Positions 1 through 9,159 of a stretch of 64,000 bases of DNA are shown piece after piece. The notes under the pieces were generated by a model, which was not told the origin of the DNA, made no database searches, and was given only the letters and a program-made list of their open reading frames with translations. Positions within the stretch are counted from its first letter, which is position 1; every line of letters starts with the position of its first letter. This stretch comes from Candidatus Sumerlaeia bacterium (GTDB lineage Bacteria; Sumerlaeota; Sumerlaeia; SLMS01; JANRJK01), in the NCBI GenBank assembly GCA_033764015.1, contig JANRJK010000023.1, forward strand, positions 106,433 to 170,432. The letters run 5' to 3'. Both the position numbers and the translations under genes were made by a program.

Positions 1-294
1 CCAGCGCTGCACCGTCGGCTTCGCCGGCACGCGGTAGAAGCTGCCGTCGATTTCGACCGCGTTCGCGTACTGCGCGTAGAACGCAAGCTCGCGCCGCGGC
101 GACAGGCCCGCGGGGTAGAACTTGCCGCGCCAGTGCTGGTGCTGGAACGCGCAGGTGCCCGCGGCGAAGTTCGCGGGGAACGCCGCGCCGGGCGCGATGC
201 CCGAGGGCGACGGCGGCGGGCCGGGGTCCGGTTCGAGCTCCGCGAAGAGGTCGAGCTGCGGGTCGCCGGGGCGGCGCTTGCGCGGTACGCTCAC
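1..294 (-). CDS. DUF72 (YecE/YunF) family protein, N-terminal part; runs off window edge
   Basis: Manual translation MSVPRKRRPGDPQLDLFAE...AGTCAFQHQHWRGKFYPAGL...AVEIDGSFYRVP; GTG start overlaps the upstream stop (GTGA). Confidence 0.85.
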   Translation of the reverse strand, partial: MSVPRKRRPGDPQLDLFAELEPDPGPPPSPSGIAPGAAFPANFAAGTCAFQHQHWRGKFYPAGLSPRRELAFYAQYANAVEIDGSFYRVPAKPTVQRW

Positions 295-1367
295 CGGCGC
301 GCCATCCGCGCCAGGATCTCCGCCGCCGCGTCCGCCACCGCCTCCGGCGCGAGGCCGCGGAGGCAGCCCAGGTGCTCCGGCTCCGCCAGCGGGCATCGCG
401 TCTTCCAGCACGGCATGCACGCGAGCCCGCTCCGCGCCGCGACCACCGCGTTCTCCGGAGGCCACGGGCCGTTCCGCAAGGGATCACTCGCGCCGAACAC
501 CGCCACTGTCGGCACGTCCAGCAGCGCCGCGAGGTGTGTCGGCCCCGTGTCGCCGCCGACGAACAGATCCAGCAGCGAAACCACCGCGGCCAGCTCGCGC
601 AGCGTCGTCGGGGGCGCCGCGAAGCCCTCCGCCCCTTCGAGGCCGGCCAGGCACTCGTCGCGCCACGCCTCCTCCTTCGGCCCCCAGATGACGACGGGGC
701 GGAGGCCGTGGCGCTCGCGCAGCAGGCGTCCGAGGGCGGCGAAGGCGGCGGGGGACCAGCGCTTGGTGGCCCAGCCGGCGCCGAGGTTGAGCCCCGCGAG
801 CGGCTCGCCGCGCCAACCCGCCGCGCGGAGCGACTGCGCCGCCTTGTCGCGCTCCTCCGGCCGCAGGGGGAGCCGGCCGCGCGCATCGGGGGGGGGCTCG
901 ACGCCGAGCGCCCGCAGCAGCGCCAGGTTCTTGCGGACCACATGCGCCTCCTCCGGGCCCGGCGCGACCCGGTCCGTGGCGAGCAGGCCGCTCATCTCGC
1001 GGGCCAGCGCGCCGGCGAAGGCGACGCGCCGCGGCGCGCCGCTCGCCCGCGCCGCCATCGCCGACTTCGCCAACCCCTGCAGGTCCAGCGCCGCATCCCA
1101 GCCGTCCGCCCGCACCCGGCGGAAGTACGGCACCACTTCCCCCCGGAAACTCCGCAGGAACGAGCGCCCGCGCCAGCGCTTGCGCGGGATCGCGTACAGC
1201 GTGTCGAGCTGCGGGTGGCCCTCGAGGAAGGGCGCGCTCGTCTCCTCCACCAGCCAGCCGATCCGCGCCTCCGGCAGCGCCCGCCGCAGCGCGTCGAGCA
1301 CCGGCAGCGCGTGGAGCACGTCGCCGATGGCGCTAAGGCGGACGATCAGGATTCGTGGCGGTGTCAA
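291..1367 (-). CDS. Glycosyltransferase family 9 (LPS heptosyltransferase, WaaC/WaaF-like)
   Basis: RILIVRLSAIGDVLHALP, DLQGLAKSA, DTGPTHLAA motifs; C-terminal part of ORF 291..2696; TTG start inferred. Confidence 0.88.
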   Translation of the reverse strand: MTPPRILIVRLSAIGDVLHALPVLDALRRALPEARIGWLVEETSAPFLEGHPQLDTLYAIPRKRWRGRSFLRSFRGEVVPYFRRVRADGWDAALDLQGLAKSAMAARASGAPRRVAFAGALAREMSGLLATDRVAPGPEEAHVVRKNLALLRALGVEPPPDARGRLPLRPEERDKAAQSLRAAGWRGEPLAGLNLGAGWATKRWSPAAFAALGRLLRERHGLRPVVIWGPKEEAWRDECLAGLEGAEGFAAPPTTLRELAAVVSLLDLFVGGDTGPTHLAALLDVPTVAVFGASDPLRNGPWPPENAVVAARSGLACMPCWKTRCPLAEPEHLGCLRGLAPEAVADAAAEILARMARR

Positions 1368-1508
1368 CGGATTGGCCTCGGACTTGTTCGGAAAACCGCA
1401 GGTGGCTCCCAAGGAACAGGTTGAAACGTGCCGGGATGCCAAGCTAAGAGGTTGGCGCTGGCCGCGATCCGTGGCGAGCGCAACATCAAGCCACAAAGGC
1501 GCCGTTGC

Positions 1509-2948
1509 ATGGGAATCTGGAAAAACGCCCCTCGGTCGGACCGGCGCCTCTTCGCGCTCTCGGTCGTCATCCTCGCGCTCTCCATCGGCGTCCTCGGGGT
1601 CTCGAAGAACCGCGCCACCGCGAACTCCGCCGACGAGGAGTTCTACCGCTTCATGGACGTCGCGGCCGAGATCTACGTCAACATCCGCAACAAGTACGTC
1701 GAGGAGGTCGAGCCGAAGCAGGTGCTCGAGGCAGCCCTCCGCGGCATGACCTCCGTCCTCGACGAGCACACCGTCTACATGCCGCCCGTCGCCCTCGAAG
1801 ACCTCGAAAAGGACACCGGCAAGGAATACGGCGGCATCGGCATCCACATCACCCTCCGCCAGAACATCCTCACCGTCATGATGCCGATGCCCGGCAGCCC
1901 CGCCGCCCGCGCCGGCATCCAGCCCTGGGACCGCATCATCGAAATCGAAGGCGAAAGCACCGAGGGCTTCACCACCCGCGACGCGGTCGACCGCCTCACC
2001 GGACCGCCCAACACGAAGGTGAAGTTCAAGGTCTGGCGCCCGGGGCTCGACGAGCCGCAGGAAGTCGAGCTGACCCGCGAGGCGATCCGCATCGACTCGG
2101 TCCACCACAAGATGCTCGAGAACCAGGTCGGCTACATCCGCCTCTCGAAGTTCGCCGAGAACTCGACCGCCGACGTGCGCAAGGCCCTGACCGACCTCCG
2201 CGGCCAGGGGATGCAGGCGCTGATCCTCGACCTGCGCTTCAACACCGGCGGCCTCCTGCGCGAAGCGATCGAGATCTCCGAGCTCTTCGTCCCCAAGAAC
2301 GAACTCATCGTCTCCACCAAGGGCCGGAACCGGAACCAGAACCGCGAGTACACCTCCTCGAAGGAGCCGGTCGTCAACACGCCGGTCTTCGTGCTGGTGA
2401 ACGGCGGCAGCGCCTCCGCGTCGGAGATCCTCGCCGGCGCGCTCCAGGACCACCACGTCGCGACGATCATCGGCCCCGCCGGCCGCAACACCTTCGGCAA
2501 GGGCTCCGTCCAGACCATCGAGAACCTCAGCACCTCCCTCGAGGAGGACAAGGAGGGCAACGCGCGGACCAGCGCGCTCAAGCTCACCACCGCCCGCTAC
2601 TACACCCCCTCCGGACGCACGATCCACGAAATCGGCATCACGCCCGACATCGGCATCCCGATCCCGGAGGACCACGAAAGCCACCTCCTCGAGCACGGCC
2701 TCCTCGGCGATCCGCCCAGCCCGGCCCGCCTCGAAGCGGAGGGCGCCGCGCCCGTCGTCCCGGAAGGCCAGCCCTTCTACGAATCCGCCCAGACGCCCCG
2801 CTTCCGCGAGGACAACTTCACCGACATCATGCTAGACGAAGCGCTCGAGATGATGAACCAGTACCTCGAACTGCTCCCGCAGCTCGACCCGAAGGAGCGC
2901 GCGCCGATCTTCGCCACCACCGGCGAACGCGCCGACGCCGCCAAGTAA
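1509..2948 (+). CDS. ctpA: Carboxyl-terminal processing protease, S41A family with PDZ domain
   Basis: GGIGI PDZ, LILDLRFNTGGLL, SASASEI (catalytic Ser), FGKGSVQ (catalytic Lys); N-terminal TM. Confidence 0.93.
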   Translation: MGIWKNAPRSDRRLFALSVVILALSIGVLGVSKNRATANSADEEFYRFMDVAAEIYVNIRNKYVEEVEPKQVLEAALRGMTSVLDEHTVYMPPVALEDLEKDTGKEYGGIGIHITLRQNILTVMMPMPGSPAARAGIQPWDRIIEIEGESTEGFTTRDAVDRLTGPPNTKVKFKVWRPGLDEPQEVELTREAIRIDSVHHKMLENQVGYIRLSKFAENSTADVRKALTDLRGQGMQALILDLRFNTGGLLREAIEISELFVPKNELIVSTKGRNRNQNREYTSSKEPVVNTPVFVLVNGGSASASEILAGALQDHHVATIIGPAGRNTFGKGSVQTIENLSTSLEEDKEGNARTSALKLTTARYYTPSGRTIHEIGITPDIGIPIPEDHESHLLEHGLLGDPPSPARLEAEGAAPVVPEGQPFYESAQTPRFREDNFTDIMLDEALEMMNQYLELLPQLDPKERAPIFATTGERADAAK

Positions 2949-2981
2949 CCGCGCGCCCAGGCGCGACCCGCAGGCAGGCAC

Positions 2982-3009
2982 GCGGCGCCCCCGGCAACGG
3001 GGGCGCCGC
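2982..3009 (+). terminator. GC-rich hairpin downstream of ctpA
   Basis: gcggcgccccc-ggcaac-gggggcgccgc 11-bp stem; no clear U-tract. Confidence 0.45.
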
Positions 3010-3099
3010 TCCGTTGGGGCCGCCCCTGAATCCCTTTGCGTTCCCCGCCCCGCCGGCCTAGCTGTTCAGGATATTGAACGCCACGCCCGGAGACGCCCC

Positions 3100-4242
3100 G
3101 TGAGCCAGCTCCTCCACTACGCCGAGACACTCATGCGCACCCCCACCGCCGCCTACCGCGAGCACTGGGTCGCCGCCCACATCGACCGCTTCCTCGCGGA
3201 GATGCCCGGACGCAAGGAGCTGCGCACCGACCGCTTCGGCAACCGCTGGATCCGCATCCGCCGCGGCGAACCCCGCTTCGCCCCCGTCGCCCTCGTCGCC
3301 CACATGGACCACCCCTCCTTCCTCGTCCACGGCGTCGAGGACGGCGGACGCCGCGTGGTCGGCATCTTCGAGGGCGGCGTCAACGACCCCTACTTCCTCG
3401 GCACCCGGGCGCGCCTCTACCGCTCCGCCCAGGACGAAGGCGTCGGCGCCACCGTCGTCCAGGCCGGCCTCAAGACCGGCGGCGCCGAAGGCACCCGCCC
3501 CGTCATCCTCGAAGCCGACAGCGACGCCACCGGCGCCGTCCTCGGCATGTGGGACCTCCCCGCCTTCGAACTCCGCGACGGCATGGTCCGCAGCCGCGCC
3601 ATCGACGACCTCGGAGGCTGCGCCATGATCCTGGAAGCGCTCCGCCGCGCCGCCCTCCACAACGGCGACGTCGACCTCATCGGCCTCTTCACCCGCGCCG
3701 AGGAGGTCGGCTTCCGCGGCGCCCTCGCCCTCGCCCGCTCCCCCGAGCGCCACCAGTACCTCCCCGCCGACGCCTGGGTGGTCTCCGTCGAAACCTCCTC
3801 CGCCCGCCCCACCACCCCCATCGGCGGCGGCGCCGTCCTCCGCGTCGGCGACCGCTCCTCGATCTTCGCCCCCGAAGTCTCCGCCGCCCTCCGCGACGTC
3901 TCCGACGAACTCGCCGCCACCACCGGCCACCGCGGCCTCCGCCGCGCCCTCATGGACGGCGGCACCTGCGAGGCCACCGCCTTCGTCGCCTACGGCTGGC
4001 GCGCCGGCGGCGTCTGCGTCCCCCTCGGCAACTACCACAACATGAACGTCGAAACCGCCCGCATCGACTCCGAATACGTCGCCGCGCAGGACATGGAGGA
4101 CCTCGCCGCCGTCATGGCCCGCCTCGGCTGCGGCGGAGCCCTCGCCGCCGACGGCAAAGGCGCCGCCGCCAAACTCCTCGAACGCCTCGAAGGCCTCGCG
4201 GACGAGGCCGAGCCCAAGCTGCTGGCGACCGCGGGGGGTTGA
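3100..4242 (+). CDS. M42/M28/M20-type metallopeptidase
   Basis: AHMDH, RAIDDLGG, AEEVG, VSVETS, GGTCEA, NYHN metal-ligand motifs. Confidence 0.8.
   Translation: MSQLLHYAETLMRTPTAAYREHWVAAHIDRFLAEMPGRKELRTDRFGNRWIRIRRGEPRFAPVALVAHMDHPSFLVHGVEDGGRRVVGIFEGGVNDPYFLGTRARLYRSAQDEGVGATVVQAGLKTGGAEGTRPVILEADSDATGAVLGMWDLPAFELRDGMVRSRAIDDLGGCAMILEALRRAALHNGDVDLIGLFTRAEEVGFRGALALARSPERHQYLPADAWVVSVETSSARPTTPIGGGAVLRVGDRSSIFAPEVSAALRDVSDELAATTGHRGLRRALMDGGTCEATAFVAYGWRAGGVCVPLGNYHNMNVETARIDSEYVAAQDMEDLAAVMARLGCGGALAADGKGAAAKLLERLEGLADEAEPKLLATAGG
4190..4242 (+). repeat. 53-bp direct repeat, copy 1 (3' end of peptidase gene)
   Basis: Matches 4771-4823 with 3 mismatches. Confidence 0.92.
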
Positions 4243-4296
4243 CAGGAGATTCTCCGCAGCCCAGTGTCCGCCCAGACCAACCGCGAGGCGCGACCG

Positions 4297-4515
4297 ATGC
4301 GGACCTATCAAGCAAGCGTGTGGAAGGAAGGCGCCCTTTTCGTCGCCCAGTGCCTCGATGTCGACGTCGCCAGCCAAGGCTCGACCGCCGACGACGCGCT
4401 CGCGAACCTGCGCGAAGCCGTCGAGCTGTTCCTCGAAACCGCGTCCCCGCAGGAAGTCCAGGAGCGGCTACGAGAGGGAGTGACGGTGGCGCCCTTCGAG
4501 GTAGCCATTGGGTAG
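4297..4515 (+). CDS. hicB: HicB-family antitoxin (short form)
   Basis: FVAQCLDVDVASQGSTADDALANLREAVELFLE; overlaps hicA. Confidence 0.88.
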   Translation: MRTYQASVWKEGALFVAQCLDVDVASQGSTADDALANLREAVELFLETASPQEVQERLREGVTVAPFEVAIG

Positions 4516-4729
4516 GCTGCGCGTCCTCCCCGGCCGCGAGGTCTGCGCGATCCTCGAAGCCCACGGATTTTCCCAAGCCCGCCAGCGCGGCAGCCACATC
4601 GTTATGCAGGCCGAAGTAGCAGGCACCACCCGGACCGTCCCCGTCCCCGACCACCGGGAACTGGCGCCGGGGACCCTGCTGGCAATCATCCGACAGAGCG
4701 GCGTCCCCCGTTCCGCGTTCGAAGTGTGA
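4508..4729 (+). CDS. hicA: HicA-family mRNA interferase toxin
   Basis: LEAHGF..RQRGSHIVM...VPVPDHRELAPGTLLAIIRQSG. Confidence 0.9.
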   Translation: MGRLRVLPGREVCAILEAHGFSQARQRGSHIVMQAEVAGTTRTVPVPDHRELAPGTLLAIIRQSGVPRSAFEV

Positions 4730-4770
4730 GGATGGGAGGCACACGCCTCGATGCATCATCACCGCACGTA

Positions 4771-4823
4771 AAGGCCTCGCGGACGAAGCCGAGCCCAAGC
4801 TGCTGGCGACCGCGGGGGTTTAA
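4771..4823 (+). repeat. 53-bp direct repeat, copy 2 (displaced peptidase 3' end)
   Basis: aaggcctcgcggacgaagccgagcccaagctgctggcgaccgcgggggtttaa; retains an in-frame stop. Confidence 0.92.
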
Positions 4824-4851
4824 GGGCGCGCCCGCGCGATCCGGAACAGGA

Positions 4852-4951
4852 TCCCGCGCGAGGACGCGAAACCGCGAAGAAGGTACTTAAAGAGGACGCG
4901 TCCTTCCGCTCGGAGCGCGGCCGCCTCGCGTCTTCGCGCCCTCGCGTGGGA
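4852..4951. repeat. REP-like imperfect inverted repeat with 9-bp periodic arms
   Basis: Left arm tcccgcgcgaggacgcgaaaccgcgaag (4852-4879), right arm cctcgcgtcttcgcgccctcgcgtggga (4924-4951). Confidence 0.7.
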
Positions 4952-5054
4952 AAGTGATTGTCGGAGCGCGTGGGGGCGGAGAAGATAGAACGCGTGTGCT
5001 GGGGAACCGAGGAATGCTGAGTGCTAAACGAGATGCTGCCCACACGGAGATGCT

Positions 5055-5864
5055 GTGATGGCGGGAATCAAGAGAGGCGCTGCTGCTGGCGCCAACAAGG
5101 GAAGTGGCAAGAACGGCCACGAGATCGCCTGTTTGGCATCTCGACGCCTCTGCGAATTGTTCGGAGAGCGGCTTCGGATGTTAGCGCTTGAAGTACAGAG
5201 AACGCCGACTTCAACTTGGTGCGGACACTCTCTAGTGGATGCAACCAAACCCATTGCTTGGGTGAACCATACAAAGAGAAAGGGATCTATCACCGTTTGG
5301 ATCAGGCGGTCTGCCTCCGATCCCATGCGTTTAGGGGGATCAACTCTGCCGTTCAAGACAAGAAGTACGGAGTACAAGGGGCCATTTCAGTGGTATGGCC
5401 ACCATGTCCAGATTGCCAGTATTTGGCAACTCGACGAGTTGTTCGAAGTCATGATCGGTAATGATGTGTGTGGAGCATTTTTGGATCGAGTTGAATCGGA
5501 CCCCGCTACGCTGATGTACCCTGAAGAGCTGCCTGATACAGAAGAGTACCGCGAGGGGATAGGAAAGCGCGTACTGGTCAATCGGTACGAGCGAAGTTCG
5601 TCCGCACGTCAGGCCTGCTTGAAGCACTTTGGCCCCTTGTGTGTCGTCTGTGGAATGAGTTTCGGGGAGGTGTATGGGCCTGAGTTTTCCGGGATAATGC
5701 ATGTACACCACCTTAACCCAAGATGTGGCGCCAGCGGTGATGTGATGGTGAGCCCCATTGATGACCTTCGGCCTGTATGTCCGAATTGCCACACTGTGAT
5801 TCACAGCCGCCAGCCTTGCTACTCTATCGAGGAAGTGCGCTCAATTCTGAACAAGAACAAGTAG
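5055..5864 (+). CDS. HNH endonuclease, McrA-like putative restriction nuclease
   Basis: EG..KRVLVNRYERS..AR, CVVCG, HVHH, CPNCHTVIH; visibly AT-richer than flanks; start uncertain. Confidence 0.85.
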   Translation: MMAGIKRGAAAGANKGSGKNGHEIACLASRRLCELFGERLRMLALEVQRTPTSTWCGHSLVDATKPIAWVNHTKRKGSITVWIRRSASDPMRLGGSTLPFKTRSTEYKGPFQWYGHHVQIASIWQLDELFEVMIGNDVCGAFLDRVESDPATLMYPEELPDTEEYREGIGKRVLVNRYERSSSARQACLKHFGPLCVVCGMSFGEVYGPEFSGIMHVHHLNPRCGASGDVMVSPIDDLRPVCPNCHTVIHSRQPCYSIEEVRSILNKNK

Positions 5865-6045
5865 TAGTCATTCGTCCATTCCCTTCGAGATGGTCTCCAA
5901 GACTTCTGACTGGGAATGCACGACGATTCTGCACCAAAGGCAGATTATGGCCCACCAACATCATTGAAGGGCGCGGTTAGGTGGCGAGTTACACGAGAGC
6001 ACCGAAAGCACAATTTGTGAAATCCAAAACCCCTAGAATCGCCCC

Positions 6046-8040
6046 CTACTCCCCCTCCCCATCCAGTGGCAGCTTCATCTCCCCCGGGTTTGTCGGCCAC
6101 GGTTGCAGCCGCACCGTGATCGACGAGCCGGTGACGGGGACTTTGCCTTGGAAGAAGCCGGATTGGTGGTCGGCGTGGACGTCGAGCAGGTCGCATTCCA
6201 CCGGGCCGAGTTCCACCGTTCCGCGCGAGCCGGAGAACTGGTCGTCCGTGAGGGCGCCGATGATGTCGGGCGCGATGCGGACGCGGGCGTTCGCCGCGGG
6301 GGCGCCGCTGGGCGATAGGATCAGCACCTCGAGCCGGTCGATGCGCGGCGGCGCTGGTTCGAAGCGCGCCTCCTTGCGGAAGTCCTCCGGCCCGAAGTCC
6401 ACCGCTTCCGAGCGCCGCAGCGCCAGCGCCCCGTCCGTGAACACCAGCCGGTACGTGCCGGGCTTCGACACCTCCGCCATCAGGAACGTGTCGCCCACCT
6501 GCGCGTCGCCGGGATCGAGCGCCTGCCAGGCGCCGGACTCGTCGAGCTCCTCGAGGCCGACCACGGGGACCAGGCCCGCCTGCAGGTCCGGCGGCTTCGC
6601 CTCGTAGTTCACGATCAGCCAGCGGAACGCGGGGATCTGGAAATCGAGGCGCGCGGGGCGCTCGGCGCTTTCGATCGCCGGCGCGCGTCCGCGGCGCGTG
6701 GCGCTGTAGCGGGGCGGGTTGCCCTCCGCGTCGAACGCCATCGCGAGCGCGTCCTGCTCGCGGTTCAGCGGCAGGCCCGCCAGCTCGTAGCGCCCCTGCG
6801 CGTCCGTGACCGTTTCGCTGCGCCGCTCCCCGCCCGTCGCCACCATCACGCGGACATCCGCGAGCGGCTCGCCGGTGCCCTCCAGCGTCACCGTCCCCTG
6901 CAGCCGCCCGGTCCCCACCAGCGGCGAAAACAGCCCCCGGGCGTCCACGTCGATCGTCGTCGTCTCGCCCATGCGGAAGGAGACCGTGTGCTCCACCGTC
7001 TTGTCGGGCGCGTCGCCGGTGGCGACGATGCGCACGTAGGGCGCCGGCGGCATCGGCGCCAGGCGGAACGCGCCGGTGCGGTCCATGGTGAACGGGCGCG
7101 CGCCGCGGGAGAACTCCGCCACCGCCGGGTTCACCGCCTCCTGCATCCGCAGCGTGTCCATCACGGCGTAGGGGTCCTCCGCGTCCACGCGCAGCTCGAC
7201 GATGCGCAGCGAGACCTCCGCGCGGTCGCGGTCCGGCGGGATCGTCAGGTTCACCGCCAGGCGCGCCGGCTCCTGCAGTTCGATGTCGCCCAGGTCCAGC
7301 GTCGCGTGCGCCTCCACCGGCTCCGACAGCACCGGATCGACGAAGGCGTAGCGGTCGTCGTTGTCGTACAGCACCGCGCCGGTGAGCTCGTCCAGCGCCA
7401 GCCAGTCGGTCTCGACCGTGCCGTCCCCGCGCGAAGGGTACGTCTGCCAGTTCGCGGGGAAGTCGCCGAGCTCGAGCCCCCAGGCGGCGCGCACTCCGCT
7501 GTAGTTGGCGAAGCGCAGCGAGACGCCGTCGGCGGCCTTCCCCCCGGGCAGCACGGCGCGCGCGCGGAGCTTCGCCGGCACCGGCAGATCGAACTCCGAG
7601 CCGCCGGCGGGATGCTGCGCGATCTCCGCCAGCGTCAGGCTCGAGACCGGATCGAACATCGTGACCGAGGAGGCGGACGCGGAGGCGGGGAAGCCGCCGT
7701 CCTTCGCCACCGTGAAGCGCTCGGAGCGCCCGGAGGCGAGGTCGCGGACGATCGCCTCGAGGCCGCTCGCGGGCGCCCCGGACACGCGGTAGCGCGCCAC
7801 GAACTGCACATCCGTCTTCGGGCGGTCGGGGCCGGGGACCGGGCGGATGCCCTCGTTCGGGTCCGGTTTGCGTTCCTGCGGCGCCGCCACCTCCGGGCGG
7901 GGCGCCGGGCGCGGCGCCGGTGTGGGCGAGGGGCCGTCGGCGCGGCGCGTGGCGACCACCGCCGCCAGCCCCAGCATCGCCACCGCGGCGAGCCCGAAGG
8001 CCGCCATCTTCATCTTCCGCCGAGTCTCCAGGTCCGCCAC
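6046..8040 (-). CDS. Exported protein with carboxypeptidase-regulatory-like beta-sandwich repeats
   Basis: N-terminal hydrophobic segment; GTVTLEGTGEPLADVRV...TDAQGRYELAGLP repeats. Confidence 0.65.
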   Translation of the reverse strand: MADLETRRKMKMAAFGLAAVAMLGLAAVVATRRADGPSPTPAPRPAPRPEVAAPQERKPDPNEGIRPVPGPDRPKTDVQFVARYRVSGAPASGLEAIVRDLASGRSERFTVAKDGGFPASASASSVTMFDPVSSLTLAEIAQHPAGGSEFDLPVPAKLRARAVLPGGKAADGVSLRFANYSGVRAAWGLELGDFPANWQTYPSRGDGTVETDWLALDELTGAVLYDNDDRYAFVDPVLSEPVEAHATLDLGDIELQEPARLAVNLTIPPDRDRAEVSLRIVELRVDAEDPYAVMDTLRMQEAVNPAVAEFSRGARPFTMDRTGAFRLAPMPPAPYVRIVATGDAPDKTVEHTVSFRMGETTTIDVDARGLFSPLVGTGRLQGTVTLEGTGEPLADVRVMVATGGERRSETVTDAQGRYELAGLPLNREQDALAMAFDAEGNPPRYSATRRGRAPAIESAERPARLDFQIPAFRWLIVNYEAKPPDLQAGLVPVVGLEELDESGAWQALDPGDAQVGDTFLMAEVSKPGTYRLVFTDGALALRRSEAVDFGPEDFRKEARFEPAPPRIDRLEVLILSPSGAPAANARVRIAPDIIGALTDDQFSGSRGTVELGPVECDLLDVHADHQSGFFQGKVPVTGSSITVRLQPWPTNPGEMKLPLDGEGE

Positions 8041-8052
8041 CGGTCCAGCCTC

Positions 8053-9159
8053 CTAGACGATCGTCGACAGGTCCACGTGCGTGTTGGTTTCCGCGGCCCG
8101 GTACACCGCTTCGAGGAAGCGCTGCACGTCGTAGCCCTCCGACACCGGCACCGCGCAGCGCTCCCGCTTGCCGTTCAGCACCGCGGCGAAGTCCGCCACC
8201 TGCTCGTAGTAGGCGTGCCCGTAGTAGTGCGGTGTCAGCGTGAACGGCGAGCGCACCAGCTCGCCCTCGGTCACGACGCGGCGCTGCTCGCCGGTCTCGA
8301 GGACGATATGCCGGTCCGTCAGCTCGATGCGCCCCGCGTCCCCTTCGATGGTCATCTCGTGCACCTGCGCCGGGAACCCCCGCAGCGACCAGTGGCACTC
8401 GATCTCGCCGGTCAGGCCGTCCGCGTGGGCCGCCTGGATGCGCACGTCGTCCTCCACCTCGCGCGAGTGGTGCGAGCGCATCAGCGCGCTGACCGACTCG
8501 GGCAGGCCGAAGAGCCGCTGCACGAGGAAGAGCAGGTGGCTGCCGCTGTTGATGAGGACGCCGCCGCCGGAAAGCGCCTTGGTGTAGATCCACCCCTTGC
8601 GCGGCGCGAAGACCTGGCTCAGGCGCATGCGCGCGTCGTAGCGGTGCGGCCGCCCGATGGCGCCCTCCGCCACCAGGCGCCGCGCCTCGTTGAAGACCGG
8701 GTGCTGCGCCAGCATGAACGCCACGCCGGTGGCGAGGTGGGGGAACGCCTCCGCCTCGTCCCGGATCCGGCGCGCGGCCTCCAGCGTGTGCGCCAGCGGC
8801 TTCTCCACCAGCACCCCCGCGCCGAAGCGCAGCGCCTCGACCGCGAGGTCCGCGTGCGCGGCCTGCGGCGCGCTGATGATGACGCCCGCGGGCTTCTCCG
8901 CCGCCAGCATCGCGCTGAATGACTCGTAGAAGGGGGCCGCCACGCCCATGCTCTTCACGTGGACCCCGAGCTGGCGCTTGCGGTCGCAGATCGCGGCCAG
9001 CGCGCACCTCGGCGCCATCGACGCCATGGCGGAGTGCATGATGCCCATCTTGCCGAGCCCCACCACCGCCACGCGGGCCGCGCGCGGGATCGGCGAATAG
9101 TACTCGCCCGATTCGCTGTCGGGGGGCGGGGTCGTCACCCCAGGAGTTGCGGCAGACAT
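8053..9159 (-). CDS. Gfo/Idh/MocA family oxidoreductase
   Basis: VAVVGLGKMG, VLVEKPLA, GGGVLINSGSH. Confidence 0.88.
   Translation of the reverse strand: MSAATPGVTTPPPDSESGEYYSPIPRAARVAVVGLGKMGIMHSAMASMAPRCALAAICDRKRQLGVHVKSMGVAAPFYESFSAMLAAEKPAGVIISAPQAAHADLAVEALRFGAGVLVEKPLAHTLEAARRIRDEAEAFPHLATGVAFMLAQHPVFNEARRLVAEGAIGRPHRYDARMRLSQVFAPRKGWIYTKALSGGGVLINSGSHLLFLVQRLFGLPESVSALMRSHHSREVEDDVRIQAAHADGLTGEIECHWSLRGFPAQVHEMTIEGDAGRIELTDRHIVLETGEQRRVVTEGELVRSPFTLTPHYYGHAYYEQVADFAAVLNGKRERCAVPVSEGYDVQRFLEAVYRAAETNTHVDLSTIV

Noticed and set aside
5948..5985. attC-like ends (ccaccaac ... gttaggtgg) after the HNH gene
   Set aside because: Only ~35 bp, imperfect RYYYAAC, no L boxes, no integron integrase or second site.
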